Assembly: GCA_003246675.1 (NCBI GenBank)
Contig: QJZQ01000173.1
Coordinates: forward strand, 5,694 to 69,693
DNA: 64,000 bases
Direction: 5' to 3'
Source: Nitrospirota bacterium
Lineage (GTDB): Bacteria > Nitrospinota > Nitrospinia > Nitrospinales > VA-1
Shown here piece after piece: positions 36,154 to 46,396 of the stretch. The stretch's first letter is position 1. Each line of letters begins with the position of its first letter. The notes beneath the pieces were generated by a model, which saw only the letters and a program-made list of their open reading frames with translations, was not told the DNA's origin and did not search any database. Both the position numbers and the translations under genes were made by a program.

Positions 36154-37500
36154 ATGAGACACGCGATCCTCGCCCTTATTTTTGCAACCCTCATGGGCTG
36201 CGCTCCCGGCCTGATGGAGATGCCGCCGCTTCGTTCCGCCGCGCCGGATCTCAGAAATGAGGTCGAACGGTTTTTATCGACCGATGACCCGGAAGTCGAA
36301 GCGCAGGCGCTTGGCCACCTCAAGCGCGCGAGCGTTTCTCACGGCCTCATCCGCTCCCTGCTTAAGGAGCAGGCGCAGGCGGCCAGGCCCAGCCTGCCGC
36401 GCGGAAGCCGCACCGGCCTGACCGCGCACACCGCCGGCGGGGAATACCTGTACGCCCTGCATGTGCCCGAAACGCAGGAGCCCGAAGCGGGCCTGCCGCT
36501 GATCGTGGTTCTGCACGGCGCCGGTTCGAGCGGCGACGATATCCTCCCCACCTGGGTGGAGCGGCTGAACGGTGAATTCATCGTCGCCTGCCCCTCGTAC
36601 CCGATGGGCGCGTGGTGGACGAAAAACGCCGAGGACCTCGTGCTGGAGGTCATCCGGCAAACACGGGCGGACTACCCCGTCGACCCCTCCCGCGTTTTTC
36701 TCGCCGGCCTGTCCAACGGCGCCATCGGCACCTATATGATCGGCATGTTTTACCCGGACCTGTTCGCCGGCCTCGTTCCCATCGCCGGCGCCATCACGCC
36801 GCGCTACATGCATTTTCTGGTGAACCTGAGAAACACCCCGGTCTACAGCATCCAGGGCGTTTACGACCCGATCTTTCCCATCATGCTGTCGCGCCGCATC
36901 AATCAAATAATGTCCGACATGAATTATCCCGTGGTCTACCGCGAGCACGAGGAAAAGGGCCTCGCCCACGGCGGGCACTTCCTGCCCGAATCGGAAATCC
37001 CCGCCATGACGGCCTGGGTGAAAAAGCAGACCCGCGACCCGCTCCCCGACAAAGTGCCGTTGACGCGCGAAGCCAACCACCTGGATCAGGTGCACTGGGT
37101 GCGGCTGTCGAGCGGGGTGAACCTCGCCGCCCTCGAACTGCCCGGCCCCGAAGGCGGACCGGTGAACACGAAGGATGGCAAGATCGCCACCCTGGTCGCG
37201 GCGCGCAAGCAAGGCAACCGTTTCGAAATCAGCGGGAAGAACCTCGTCGAGTTCGAACTGTACCTCAATGCCGACATGGTGGACTTCGACCAGCCCATTC
37301 AGGTGACCACGCAGGAAATCATCGACCAGGGCGACCGGCTCGCGCACGGCGAGAAAGTTCTTCGGTTCCAGCAAAAGGTGGATACCGACCTGGAAGTTCT
37401 CCTGCGCGGCTTTAAGAAAAACCGGGATCCTGAGCGCCTTTACGACGCCCGGGTGACGATCTCCCTCGAAAAAACCCTGGCGCATTATTCCACCCCATGA
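36154..37500 (+). CDS. lipoprotein, alpha/beta hydrolase (carboxylesterase/PHB-depolymerase-like) with unassigned C-terminal domain
   Basis: The start is set at ATG 36154: MRHAILALIFATLMGCAPG contains a lipobox (LMGC). Hydrolase core: LIVVLHGAGSSGDD...VFLAGLSNGAIGTYMIG (G-x-S-x-G nucleophile elbow). The track start at 36022 adds a non-protein-like extension. Confidence 0.65.
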   Translation: MRHAILALIFATLMGCAPGLMEMPPLRSAAPDLRNEVERFLSTDDPEVEAQALGHLKRASVSHGLIRSLLKEQAQAARPSLPRGSRTGLTAHTAGGEYLYALHVPETQEPEAGLPLIVVLHGAGSSGDDILPTWVERLNGEFIVACPSYPMGAWWTKNAEDLVLEVIRQTRADYPVDPSRVFLAGLSNGAIGTYMIGMFYPDLFAGLVPIAGAITPRYMHFLVNLRNTPVYSIQGVYDPIFPIMLSRRINQIMSDMNYPVVYREHEEKGLAHGGHFLPESEIPAMTAWVKKQTRDPLPDKVPLTREANHLDQVHWVRLSSGVNLAALELPGPEGGPVNTKDGKIATLVAARKQGNRFEISGKNLVEFELYLNADMVDFDQPIQVTTQEIIDQGDRLAHGEKVLRFQQKVDTDLEVLLRGFKKNRDPERLYDARVTISLEKTLAHYSTP

Positions 37501-39899
37501 GTTCCGACGCTTTCATTCCGCCGGCCGACGAAACTCCGCTCCTTAAAAGCTCCGCCACCCTGCTCGGCTGGCCGCTGATCCAGAACGCCCTCGCCCGCAG
37601 CGCTTCGTCCCCCCTCACCGAAGCGAGATGCCGGAGCCTGTGGCCGGAGACGGAGCTCGCCGCCGCCCGCGAACGCCTGGATGAAACCAGCGAGATGGTC
37701 TCCTGGCTGGAATCCGCCGAGACCGTTCCCATCGACGCGTTCGCCGACCTCGCCCCCATACTGAAAAATGCAACCGAGAAGCATTACCTCGAACCGGGGG
37801 AATGCCTGCAGCTCATCCGCTGCCTCCGGCTGTGCCGGGCCCTTCACCGCGCCACGGGGAAAATGACCGCCCGGCCTCTCTTAAGAGCCATCGGCCTCGG
37901 GCTCGACCCGTTGCCAGAACTGCTGAAAGAGCTGACCACCTGCATCAGCGACGACGGAGAAATCCGCGAAAACGCCACGCCCGAGCTGAAGCAGGCCCTG
38001 CGCGAGGCCCAGGCCGCGAAACAGGCCCTGGAGACGAAGGTCGCCCGGCTCATGACCCGCCCCGCCTTCCGCGACGCCCTGCAGGACACCTACTTCACCG
38101 AACGCGAGGAACGCATCGTCCTGCCCATTCGGGCGGATCATCGTTCGCAAATCCAGGGCATCGTCCACGACAGTTCCGGCAGCGGCCAAACCCTGTTCAT
38201 GGAGCCCGGCGAGATCATCCCGCTCAACAACCAGCTCAAAATCTGCCTTCTCAAGGTGGACCGGGAAAAAGCGCGCATCCTGCAAATGCTGGCCGCGCAG
38301 GTGCTCACTTGCGAGGCAACGCTCCTGGGCAACCTCGAAAACCTCGCTGACTTCGACATCATCCACGCCCGCGCCCAGCTCGCCCGCAGCATGAAAGCCA
38401 CCCTGTGCCCGATCGCCGAAACCGGCAGAATGGACCTGCGCCAGGCAAGAAACCCCGAACTGGTTCTTGGCGGCCAGCCGGTGGTGGCCAACCACATCAC
38501 CTGGGACGAGGCGACGCGGGTCATCATCATCTCCGGCCCCAACACCGGCGGCAAGACCGTCACCCTGAAGACCATCGGCCTCATGTCGCTGATGGCGCGC
38601 GCGGGCCTGTTCCTGCCGGTGGAGGAAGGTTCGAGCCTGCTGTTCTTTCCCGAAGTGTACGCCGACATTGGAGACGAGCAGAACATTCAACGCAAACTGT
38701 CCACCTTTTCCGGGCACCTGGAAAAAATCATCCGCATTCTGGGCCGGGCGCGGCCCGGCGCCCTCATCCTGCTCGACGAGCTCGGCATCGCCACCGACCC
38801 GGTCGAAGGCGCGGCGCTGGCCGAGGCGATTCTGATCGAGCTCAAGATAAAAAACATGATGACCCTCGTCTCCACCCATTACCTGTCGCTCAAAACCCTG
38901 GCGCAGACCCAGGAAGGCTTCGCCAACGCCTGCACCGAGTTCGACCCCGGCACCCTGGCCCCCACCTACCGGTTGATTTTCGGCGTGCCCGGCCAGAGCG
39001 CGGCGCTGGAAACCGCCCAGCGTCTCGGCCTCGCCCCCGGCGTCATCCAGCGGGCGCGGGCGATTTATAGCGAGAAGGACCATCGCGCCGAAACCCTGCT
39101 TTCGGAGCTCACCGGCCAGCGCCTGCGGCTTGAAAAACAGCTCGACGAAGCGCGGGAAAAGGCGCGCGACGCCGCCCGCTGGGAGGAGGAACAGCGCCGC
39201 CTTAAAGACACCCTCAAGGAACAAAAGCAGGAGTTTGAAGTGGGCAAGGCGCGGCGTCTCAAAACCGCCGTGCAGGAAGCGAAAGCTGAAATTCAACAGC
39301 GGCTCAGGGAACTGGCGGGACAAAAAGAGCCCGCACGGCTGAAAAAGGCCGCCCAGGCCATTCAAACCCTGGCGCGGGAACCCGTCACCGTCAAAATCCC
39401 CAGCGGCTGGGACGTGCCCGCCGAACGTGTCCAAAAAGGCGATCAGGTGATGGTCGACGAATTCGGCACGATCGGCTGCCTGCGGGAAGACCCGGCGGGC
39501 AAAAAAAAGGTGCGCGTGGAAGTCGGCCGTTTCACGCTGATCGTCGAGACGAGCCGCCTGCGCGGGCAGAGCGGCGGTCAGGGCGCGCAGAAAGCAAGGG
39601 AGAAGCCGGCCCGCATCGAGGTGCACACCGACATCGGAGGCCAGGCCCGGCAGACCGTGGATTTACGCGGCATGAACTCCGACGAGGCCATGACCGCCCT
39701 GGAAGACTTCATCAGCCAGGCCATCGCTCATCGCCTTTCGCGCGGCCAGATCATCCACGGCCACGGCATGGGGACGATCAAGAAACTGGCGCGCGATTAT
39801 CTGGAATCCACCGGCGTGTGCCAAAGCTTCAGCCCCGGAGGCCGCCAGGAAGGCGGAGACGGCGTCACCGTCGTCGAGTTTTACCCCTGGGATGTTTGA
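37497..39899 (+). CDS. mutS2: endonuclease MutS2 (MutS-family ATPase with C-terminal Smr domain)
   Basis: 800-aa ORF with Walker A ISGPNTGGKTVTLKTIGL and Walker B ILLDELGIATDP. C-terminal Smr domain: VDLRGMNSDEAMTALEDFISQAI...IIHGHGMGTIK. ATGA overlap with the upstream gene. Confidence 0.9.
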   Translation: MSSDAFIPPADETPLLKSSATLLGWPLIQNALARSASSPLTEARCRSLWPETELAAARERLDETSEMVSWLESAETVPIDAFADLAPILKNATEKHYLEPGECLQLIRCLRLCRALHRATGKMTARPLLRAIGLGLDPLPELLKELTTCISDDGEIRENATPELKQALREAQAAKQALETKVARLMTRPAFRDALQDTYFTEREERIVLPIRADHRSQIQGIVHDSSGSGQTLFMEPGEIIPLNNQLKICLLKVDREKARILQMLAAQVLTCEATLLGNLENLADFDIIHARAQLARSMKATLCPIAETGRMDLRQARNPELVLGGQPVVANHITWDEATRVIIISGPNTGGKTVTLKTIGLMSLMARAGLFLPVEEGSSLLFFPEVYADIGDEQNIQRKLSTFSGHLEKIIRILGRARPGALILLDELGIATDPVEGAALAEAILIELKIKNMMTLVSTHYLSLKTLAQTQEGFANACTEFDPGTLAPTYRLIFGVPGQSAALETAQRLGLAPGVIQRARAIYSEKDHRAETLLSELTGQRLRLEKQLDEAREKARDAARWEEEQRRLKDTLKEQKQEFEVGKARRLKTAVQEAKAEIQQRLRELAGQKEPARLKKAAQAIQTLAREPVTVKIPSGWDVPAERVQKGDQVMVDEFGTIGCLREDPAGKKKVRVEVGRFTLIVETSRLRGQSGGQGAQKAREKPARIEVHTDIGGQARQTVDLRGMNSDEAMTALEDFISQAIAHRLSRGQIIHGHGMGTIKKLARDYLESTGVCQSFSPGGRQEGGDGVTVVEFYPWDV

Positions 39900-39969
39900 G
39901 TCTCAACAATACCATCCGCATTGCGGCCCCGGCCAGGGGCCGGCGCATGCGCGGCAAGGAGGTGACATC

Positions 39970-40542
39970 ATGAATTTGAAAGTGTTTCTGTTCGCGGCCA
40001 TCGTTCTGGCCGGCGCCTTGACGGCGTCGCCGCTTCTCGCCGGACCCAGCGTCAGCCTGAGGGGACAGCCGCTGACGCTCCTGGGGAAAACCATCGCGGT
40101 GGGGGACACCCTGCCCATCGAGGCGTTTCCTGCGACAGGCCCTGGAGCCTTCGACCCGGCCCGCCTCAAGGGCAAAGTCAGCGTGGTGAGCGTGGTCCCC
40201 TCCATCGACACCGCCGTCTGCGAAAAGCAGACGCATATCCTGAGCGAGGAGAGCGGCGGGCTGGATCAAACCGTGAACCTCGTCACCATCAGCCGCGACC
40301 TGCCCTTCGCGCAGAATCGCTTCGCCAAGGCCGCGCACATCGAGAACGTTCTTTTTCTTTCCGATTACCGCGAAGGGAAATTTGGCCAGGCCGCGGGCCT
40401 GCTGATCGACGAGAGCCGTTTGCTGGCGCGCGCGGTGATGGTGCTCGACCGCGAGGGCGTGGTGCGTTACCTGGAGATCGTCCCCGACCTCGGCCAACTG
40501 CCGGACATGCAGAAGGCCTTCACTTTCGCCCGCGGCCTGTAG
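39970..40542 (+). CDS. tpx: thiol peroxidase (Tpx-type atypical 2-Cys peroxiredoxin) with signal peptide
   Basis: The start is set at ATG 39970 with AAGGAGG upstream. Signal-like MNLKVFLFAAIVLAGALTASPLLA. Peroxidatic Cys motif VVPSIDTAVCEKQ. Second conserved segment ISRDLPFAQNRFAKA. Confidence 0.85.
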   Translation: MNLKVFLFAAIVLAGALTASPLLAGPSVSLRGQPLTLLGKTIAVGDTLPIEAFPATGPGAFDPARLKGKVSVVSVVPSIDTAVCEKQTHILSEESGGLDQTVNLVTISRDLPFAQNRFAKAAHIENVLFLSDYREGKFGQAAGLLIDESRLLARAVMVLDREGVVRYLEIVPDLGQLPDMQKAFTFARGL

Positions 40543-40551
40543 GACAGGGTT

Positions 40552-43491
40552 TCAGTGGAATACGGGCATCAGCTCGTCAAACAGGGTTTTTGATTGCTTG
40601 AGCTTTTCCTCGTTGCCGAGAACGCAGACCCTGCCCGAATCCCTGAGCTTTTCGAAAAGCCCGGAAAGGCCTTTAATATCCTTAAGGGTGGTCGAGAGCA
40701 ATTCCTGCCGGTGTTTCTGCTTGAGCTCCCAGCCTTTCCCCGTCAGGTGCTCGATCATCGAGATCGCACCCTTGCGATCCGGCGTCAGGGGCGGATCGAG
40801 CGAGCCGACGCAGCCGATAATGACCTTTTTGAGTTCGTCGTCGCTGAGGTCCAGGTGCGCCAGGTGATCGGCGATCTGATCGTACACGTTCAGGGTTTCC
40901 TTGAGGTTGGGGTCGCGATAGGAAACGAGGCCGTAGTCGCCCGTCAGGAAGTCGAATGAATTGGAACTGCCGTAGGCGCCCCCCTGCATGCGCACCTTTT
41001 CCCACAGATACCCTGTTCCAAGAAGGGATTTCAGCACGTTGAAACTCCCCGCGTATTCGTAACCCAGGTCGTAGAGGTTGGCTCCCTTGCCGACGTACTG
41101 CACGGTGCTGGCCGACAGAAACCCCTCGTTCTTTGGCAAACGGCCGAGCCCAAGCTCCACCGGATCCGCCGCCCGGTCCGGCAGGGCCTCCGCCAGGGCG
41201 TTAAGGCGTGTTTCATATTTCGCGTAATCGCCCGCTTCGGAGGTGACATTGAACAGCGCGTTGCCACGGCTGAAAACCATGTCCGCCACGTCGCTGAAGG
41301 CCGCGGCAACCTCCTCGGGGTCTTTCTCCGCCCGGCGCAAAAGGTCTTCCAGGAAGTGGAAATAGGTGATGCCGTCGGTCAGTTCGTCATAGGCCCCCAG
41401 GGGAGACTGGTACGACTGGAGCCGGGACAGCACGTACCTGTTGCCTTGCGGGACGATGGAATCCTCCATGTCGGATTTGGCGCTGCGGATGAGATCCACC
41501 AGCCGCTTGTGGTCGTGAAAACTGCGCTCGGCAAAAAGCTCGGTGTAGATGTCAAACAGGGCGTCGAGCTTTTCCATCAGCGCCTTGCCACTTAAAAACG
41601 AATAGGACAGGATCTGCCGCCGGTCCTGCACCGTGGCGGAGGTAAAATTCCAGGGCCGGATGCCGCCGGTGTGAATGCCAATTTTCTTCGAGATCTCGAC
41701 GTAATCGTTCTTCTTCGTGCCCATGCCCAGCAACAGGGTGCCCAGCAGCGGCAGGTACTGAATCTTGTTCTGCGGAACGCTGTGGGTGTTGAACCCCACC
41801 TGCATGTAAGCGATGTGGCTGGTGAACAAATCGTGAAACAGGATTTTCGGCGCGCCGGCCCGCTTTATTTCCAGCGGAAATTTTTCCGCTTCCCGGGGGA
41901 TGTCGCCCAGGTCGAGCGTGGGCAGGGTGGCGAGGGCCTCCGGGCTGTCGGGCGTCATTTGCAGTTCCTTGAGCGCCGCCGTGTCCCGGGTCAACCGCGC
42001 AAGTTCCTCGGCCGAGAGCGACGCCTTGAGCGCCTTCAGTTTTTTGCGTGTCCGCGCCTCCTGCCTTTTGGCCAGGCCCGGCCGCGGCGTGGCCAGCAGG
42101 ATGCTCCGGTGCTCGTTGCCGAGCAGGCCTTCCTCGATGAGTTTCTCGAAGTACCCGTTCAGGCACTCTTCCTTGACCTTATTCATCAGGCGATCGTACT
42201 TGAGGTGCATCAGCGGGTCGGCGTCGTACAACCAGGAGTTGAGCGCCTGAATGTTGTAGACGATGCCCTTGGCGAAACCGCCGAAATTCGCCTCGCGCAG
42301 CTTGAAGTCCACGCTGTTGACCGCCGAGAGAATCATGTCACGGTCGATGCCGTTTTCGACCAACCCGCGCAGAGTGGACTCGATGAGTTCGAGAATCTTT
42401 TCCTCGTGCTCGGCCTCGGTGCCCTTGAGGCCGACGGCGAACAGCGTTTCGACGCGGTTGTCGTCGAACCCGCCGCCGATCACCTCGCTGCCGAGACCGG
42501 AGTCGATCAGCGCCTTGCGCAGCGGCGAAGCGGAGGTGCCAAGCAGCAGGTAACTCAGGATGCTGTTGGCCAGGCAGTGCTCCCGGTCGGTGCCCCGTCC
42601 CATCTTCCAGCCGAGGAGGACGTACGCCTTCTTCTCCAGGGATTCACCGGAAGACACCGCGTAGGTCAGCGCCTTGCGCCGGGGCTTCTTGAAGTTGCGC
42701 TGGAACTTGATCGCCGAGTCCGTGGTCTGGCGGCTGAATTCCTTCAGGTAGTTGTCCTGCATGAACTGGAGGCATTCGCGGGTGTCGTGATCGCCGTAGA
42801 GAAAGATGCGGCTGTTGCCGGGGTGGTAGTATTTGCGGTGAAACTCGCTGAACTCCTCATACGTCAGGTCCGGTATCGCCTCCGGGTCGCCGCCGGATTC
42901 GCAGCCGTAGGTGGTGCTCGGAAACAGCGATTGCGCGAGGTGCCTGTCGATCAAGCTCTCGGGATCGGAGAACACGCCCTTCATCTCGTTGTACACCACC
43001 CCCTTGTAGGTGATTTCATCGTCCGGGCTTTCCAGTTCGTGGTGCCAGCCCTCCTGCATGAATATTTCTTCGGTGATGCGGGGGAAGAACACCGCGTCGA
43101 GATACACATTCATCAGGTTGAAAAAATCCTTCGTATTACGGCTCGCCACCGGGTACATGGTTTTATCCGGAAACGTCATGGCGTTCAGGAAAGTCTGCAG
43201 GCTGCCCTTGACCAGCTCGATGAACGGCTCCTTGACCGGGTATTTGCGCGAACCGCAGAGCACGCTGTGCTCGAGGATGTGGGCCACGCCGCGGTCGTTC
43301 TCCGGCGGGGTGCGGAAGGTGACGCTGAAGACCTTGTTGTCGTCGTCGTTTTCCAGGGACAAGACCTCGGCCCCCGTGACTTCGTGCTTGAAAATCAGCG
43401 CCTGGGACTTGATCTCGGCGATCTTTCCCTTGCGCACGAGCTTGAAACCAGCGATGGATTCACCCTTTTTCATGGAAATATATTTCCTCAT
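40552..43491 (-). CDS. M16-family (insulinase/PreP-like) zinc metallopeptidase
   Basis: ~975-aa ORF; ATG 43473 (MKKGESIAGFKLV) is an equally plausible start. Inverted zinc motif HILEHSVLCGSRKYP (HxxEH) and downstream E in NAMTFPDKTMYP. The size and four-domain length resemble presequence-protease-type M16C enzymes. Confidence 0.85.
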   Translation of the reverse strand: MRKYISMKKGESIAGFKLVRKGKIAEIKSQALIFKHEVTGAEVLSLENDDDNKVFSVTFRTPPENDRGVAHILEHSVLCGSRKYPVKEPFIELVKGSLQTFLNAMTFPDKTMYPVASRNTKDFFNLMNVYLDAVFFPRITEEIFMQEGWHHELESPDDEITYKGVVYNEMKGVFSDPESLIDRHLAQSLFPSTTYGCESGGDPEAIPDLTYEEFSEFHRKYYHPGNSRIFLYGDHDTRECLQFMQDNYLKEFSRQTTDSAIKFQRNFKKPRRKALTYAVSSGESLEKKAYVLLGWKMGRGTDREHCLANSILSYLLLGTSASPLRKALIDSGLGSEVIGGGFDDNRVETLFAVGLKGTEAEHEEKILELIESTLRGLVENGIDRDMILSAVNSVDFKLREANFGGFAKGIVYNIQALNSWLYDADPLMHLKYDRLMNKVKEECLNGYFEKLIEEGLLGNEHRSILLATPRPGLAKRQEARTRKKLKALKASLSAEELARLTRDTAALKELQMTPDSPEALATLPTLDLGDIPREAEKFPLEIKRAGAPKILFHDLFTSHIAYMQVGFNTHSVPQNKIQYLPLLGTLLLGMGTKKNDYVEISKKIGIHTGGIRPWNFTSATVQDRRQILSYSFLSGKALMEKLDALFDIYTELFAERSFHDHKRLVDLIRSAKSDMEDSIVPQGNRYVLSRLQSYQSPLGAYDELTDGITYFHFLEDLLRRAEKDPEEVAAAFSDVADMVFSRGNALFNVTSEAGDYAKYETRLNALAEALPDRAADPVELGLGRLPKNEGFLSASTVQYVGKGANLYDLGYEYAGSFNVLKSLLGTGYLWEKVRMQGGAYGSSNSFDFLTGDYGLVSYRDPNLKETLNVYDQIADHLAHLDLSDDELKKVIIGCVGSLDPPLTPDRKGAISMIEHLTGKGWELKQKHRQELLSTTLKDIKGLSGLFEKLRDSGRVCVLGNEEKLKQSKTLFDELMPVFH

Positions 43492-43614
43492 TTTTTTTCA
43501 GCAGAATATTGAAGGGCATGACGCGCCGGCCCTCCGGCGGGCCGCGCCCGGCCAGCGGGGGACCCGTCTGTTAGATGCGCCCCGGCCGCAAACGGTCGCC
43601 ACTAATTCCGGCCA

Positions 43615-44385
43615 TTACCGGGGCGGACGGATATCGAGGCCGATGGGGCAATGGTCGGACCCCATCACCTCGGGCCGGATGAACGCATCGTCCACCCGGT
43701 TGACCAGATCCTCCGTGACAAAAAAATAATCGATGCGCCAGCCGATATTCCTGGCCCGGGCGTTAGCGCGATAGGTCCACCAGGTGTACTGGTCCGGCTC
43801 GGGATGGAACAGGCGGAATGTATCCACATAGCCATGGGCGACGAATTTATCCAGCCACGCCCTCTCCTCCGGGAGAAACCCTGAATTTTTCTCGTTGGCC
43901 TTGGCGTTCTTCAGGTCGATGGCTTTGTGCGCGGTGTTCACATCGCCGGTGATCACAAGCTTTTTGCCGGTGGCGCGCAACGCCTCGGCGTGTTCGAGGA
44001 ACGCGTCGTAGAACTCCATCTTGTAGTCCAGCCGGTGATCGCCGGAGGTGCCGTTGGGGAAATAAACGTTCAGCAGATCGAACCCCGGAAACTCCAGCCG
44101 GACGATGCGCCCCTCGATATCGAAACGGGGAATTCCCATGCCATAGAAAACATTCTCCGGCTTCTTTTTAGAAAACGTGACAACCCCGCTGTAGCCCTTC
44201 CGTTCCGCAGGGTTCCAGAACGCATGGTAGCCCTCGGGCTCGGCCACGCGGCTCTCCAACACATCTAGATGGGCCTTGGTTTCCTGCAGGCAGAGGACAT
44301 CGGGCGATTCCTTCTCCATCCAGTCGAAAAAACCCTTCTTCACCACGGCACGAATGCCGTTCACGTTCCAGCTGATTATTCGCAT
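43615..44385 (-). CDS. xthA: exodeoxyribonuclease III
   Basis: 256-aa ORF: MRIISWNVNGIRA, CLQETK, ITGDVNTAH, and C-terminal GSDHCPIGLDI. Confidence 0.9.
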   Translation of the reverse strand: MRIISWNVNGIRAVVKKGFFDWMEKESPDVLCLQETKAHLDVLESRVAEPEGYHAFWNPAERKGYSGVVTFSKKKPENVFYGMGIPRFDIEGRIVRLEFPGFDLLNVYFPNGTSGDHRLDYKMEFYDAFLEHAEALRATGKKLVITGDVNTAHKAIDLKNAKANEKNSGFLPEERAWLDKFVAHGYVDTFRLFHPEPDQYTWWTYRANARARNIGWRIDYFFVTEDLVNRVDDAFIRPEVMGSDHCPIGLDIRPPR

Positions 44386-44514
44386 GCTTTATCTCAACGG
44401 TGAAAAAGGTCAAAGGATAATTGAAAAGCGCACCCGGTTCAATGAAAAGAGAGCCGGGTGTTCACGCGGCCCGCGCGCGGTGCAAAGGCATCGCCGCCCC
44501 TCGCCGCTGAACCG

Positions 44515-45039
44515 TCAGGTGATCTGTGGATTGATGGGGATCAACTGCGAATTGATTTTTTTCTCGTCGGAGAGGATTTCGAGGACACGGTAGATCCCAT
44601 CGAGGCCTCTCTCCACCGTGCCTTCGATGTGGATGTAGTAGGTCGGAGAATCCTCGTCGTCGCTCACATTGGAATCGAGATGCAGGATATTGAGCCCGGC
44701 CTCGGCGAGAGGGCCTGTCACGTCCTCCACCACGCCCTTGCGGTCCCGCGTGTAAAGGCTGATGCGCACATCCGGTTCGATATCGTGATGGACGCCGCCC
44801 TCGATGGCCACCAGGTGATAGTTCAGTTCGAGGCCCACGGCAATGGGACGAACCAGGTCTTCGACCGTCTCCAGGCTGCCCTCATGCTGCACCATGAGCA
44901 TGATGGTGAAGTTGTCGCCCAGCCGCGCCATGGACGAATCTCCCAGGTTGCAGCCGCTGCGGCACAAGCCGGCGCTCAATTCAGCGACGATGCTGCGCCG
45001 GTCCCGCCCGACCAGGGAAAGCATATACCAGTTATTCAT
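44515..45039 (-). CDS. tandem ACT-domain protein (glycine cleavage system regulator GcvR-like)
   Basis: 174-aa ORF. YMLSLVGRDRRSIVAELSAGLCRSGCNLGDSSMARLGDNFTIMLMV is followed by a second ACT-like half (SLYTRDRKGVVEDVTGPLAEAGLNILHLDS). Confidence 0.65.
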   Translation of the reverse strand: MNNWYMLSLVGRDRRSIVAELSAGLCRSGCNLGDSSMARLGDNFTIMLMVQHEGSLETVEDLVRPIAVGLELNYHLVAIEGGVHHDIEPDVRISLYTRDRKGVVEDVTGPLAEAGLNILHLDSNVSDDEDSPTYYIHIEGTVERGLDGIYRVLEILSDEKKINSQLIPINPQIT

Positions 45040-45215
45040 GAACCGCCCTCAGCGATACAGCCCCTTGCGGGACATGGGTTTAGGATCAATACGTGCAACC
45101 GTGCGGACCAGAGCCCAGGCACCCCTGGCATTTTAGCACACTCCTCCCCGTTGCGGCTGCATGGCATCCGGAACATCGCCCGCCGGGGCAGTTCCTCTGA
45201 CCGGTAAATTTAGTA

Positions 45216-45244
45216 TTGACGAGTGCGGCCGCCTCGCCTAGATT
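45216..45244 (+). promoter_or_regulatory. sigma70-type promoter for the ankyrin-repeat gene
   Basis: TTGACG (45216-45221) - N17 - TAGATT (45239-45244), about 60 nt upstream of ATG 45306. Confidence 0.5.
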
Positions 45245-45305
45245 GATGCCGTCCGACTTCGGACTTCCGATAACGACTCGCTATTGCAAGTGGCAAAAAC
45301 AGTCT

Positions 45306-46325
45306 ATGAAGAAAACCATCGCCGCTATCATTGCCTGCGGGCTGGGGTCTTTCGCCGCCCTTACCGCCCATGCCGGGCCTCCCGGCGAACCCGCCGCCGG
45401 AACCGAGACCCGCACAACCCTCCCGGCCAGCGGCGCGGCCGCACTTTTTTCAGCCGTGCTCATAGGGTCCTTCGATGCGGTGTGCACCCTCCTCGATGAC
45501 GGCGCAAACCCCAACGCCAGGGACGAAAGCGGCGAAACCCCGCTGGGGCTCGCGGCCCAGGAGGGCAGGCTGGAAATCGCCCGTCTGCTCGCGGCCCGTG
45601 GCGCCGATATAGAGGGACCGGACGGCGGCCTCTTCGGTTTCACCCCGCTCATGGCCGCTGCCCGCGAAGGACACGAAGCCCTGGTCGAATGGCTCCTCGA
45701 CCAGGGAGCGGATGCCCGCCGGCAGGACCGGGTTTTCGGTTACACACCCTTGCTCTGGGCGGTGCGCGCCGGGCACGAGGGCACCGTGAAGCAACTTACC
45801 CGCAGAAGCGGCGCCGTGGATGAGGCCGGCGGCCGCCAGGGCGAAACCCCGCTCTGGGTCGCCGCAAGGGAAGGCCGTGTGGAACTGCTCGGCCTCCTCA
45901 TCAAACTGGGGGCGCGTATCGACCTAACAGCCGGCCCCGAGGGCGAGACGCCGCTCATCGCCGCCATCCACGCGGGCCAGCGCGAAGCGGCGGCATGGTT
46001 GATCTCCCACGGCGCCAGCCTGACGGCCCGGGACCGCGTGCGGCGCTTCACCCCCCTGATGGCAGCTGCCGCTGCCGGCCAGGCCGATACGGCAAAACGC
46101 CTGCTTGGCAAAGGGGTCCGGGTCAACCCGCAGGAGGGTTCGCCGGAAGAGTTCAGCCCGCTCAGCCTCGCCGTTCTCGGAGGGCACCGGGAGGTCGCGA
46201 AACTGCTCATCGACCGGGGGGCGGATGTGCACCGGAAAAATCCGGCGGGCCAAAGCCCGCTCGAACAGGCTCGCGGGTGGGAGGAATTATTCGACCTGCT
46301 TAAGGAAAAGGACGCCGCGAAATAA
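45306..46325 (+). CDS. secreted ankyrin-repeat protein
   Basis: The start is set at ATG 45306: MKKTIAAIIACGLGSFAALTAHA is a signal peptide. About nine 33-residue ANK repeats follow (G-x-TPL-x-x-A-x-x-x-G-H-x-x-x-v-x-x-L-L-x-x-G-A). Confidence 0.85.
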   Translation: MKKTIAAIIACGLGSFAALTAHAGPPGEPAAGTETRTTLPASGAAALFSAVLIGSFDAVCTLLDDGANPNARDESGETPLGLAAQEGRLEIARLLAARGADIEGPDGGLFGFTPLMAAAREGHEALVEWLLDQGADARRQDRVFGYTPLLWAVRAGHEGTVKQLTRRSGAVDEAGGRQGETPLWVAAREGRVELLGLLIKLGARIDLTAGPEGETPLIAAIHAGQREAAAWLISHGASLTARDRVRRFTPLMAAAAAGQADTAKRLLGKGVRVNPQEGSPEEFSPLSLAVLGGHREVAKLLIDRGADVHRKNPAGQSPLEQARGWEELFDLLKEKDAAK

Positions 46326-46347
46326 CCCGGCCGGAAACCGGGCCATC

Positions 46348-46382
46348 AAAAAAAAACCGGCAAAACCCGAAGGTTTTGCCGG
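46348..46382 (-). terminator. rho-independent terminator of the cold-shock gene (may also stop the convergent ankyrin gene)
   Basis: 11-bp perfect stem CCGGCAAAACC/GGTTTTGCCGG with a CGAA loop (46357-46382). The minus strand then has T9 (plus-strand A-run 46348-46356). Confidence 0.8.
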
Positions 46383-46396
46383 CTGCTGCGGGCGAA

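Noticed and set aside
44431-44460. Hairpin CACCCGG...CCGGGTG downstream of the ACT-domain gene as a terminator.
   Set aside because: The stem is only 7 bp, with a 16-nt loop and a weak T-tract. This is not strong enough to list as a feature.
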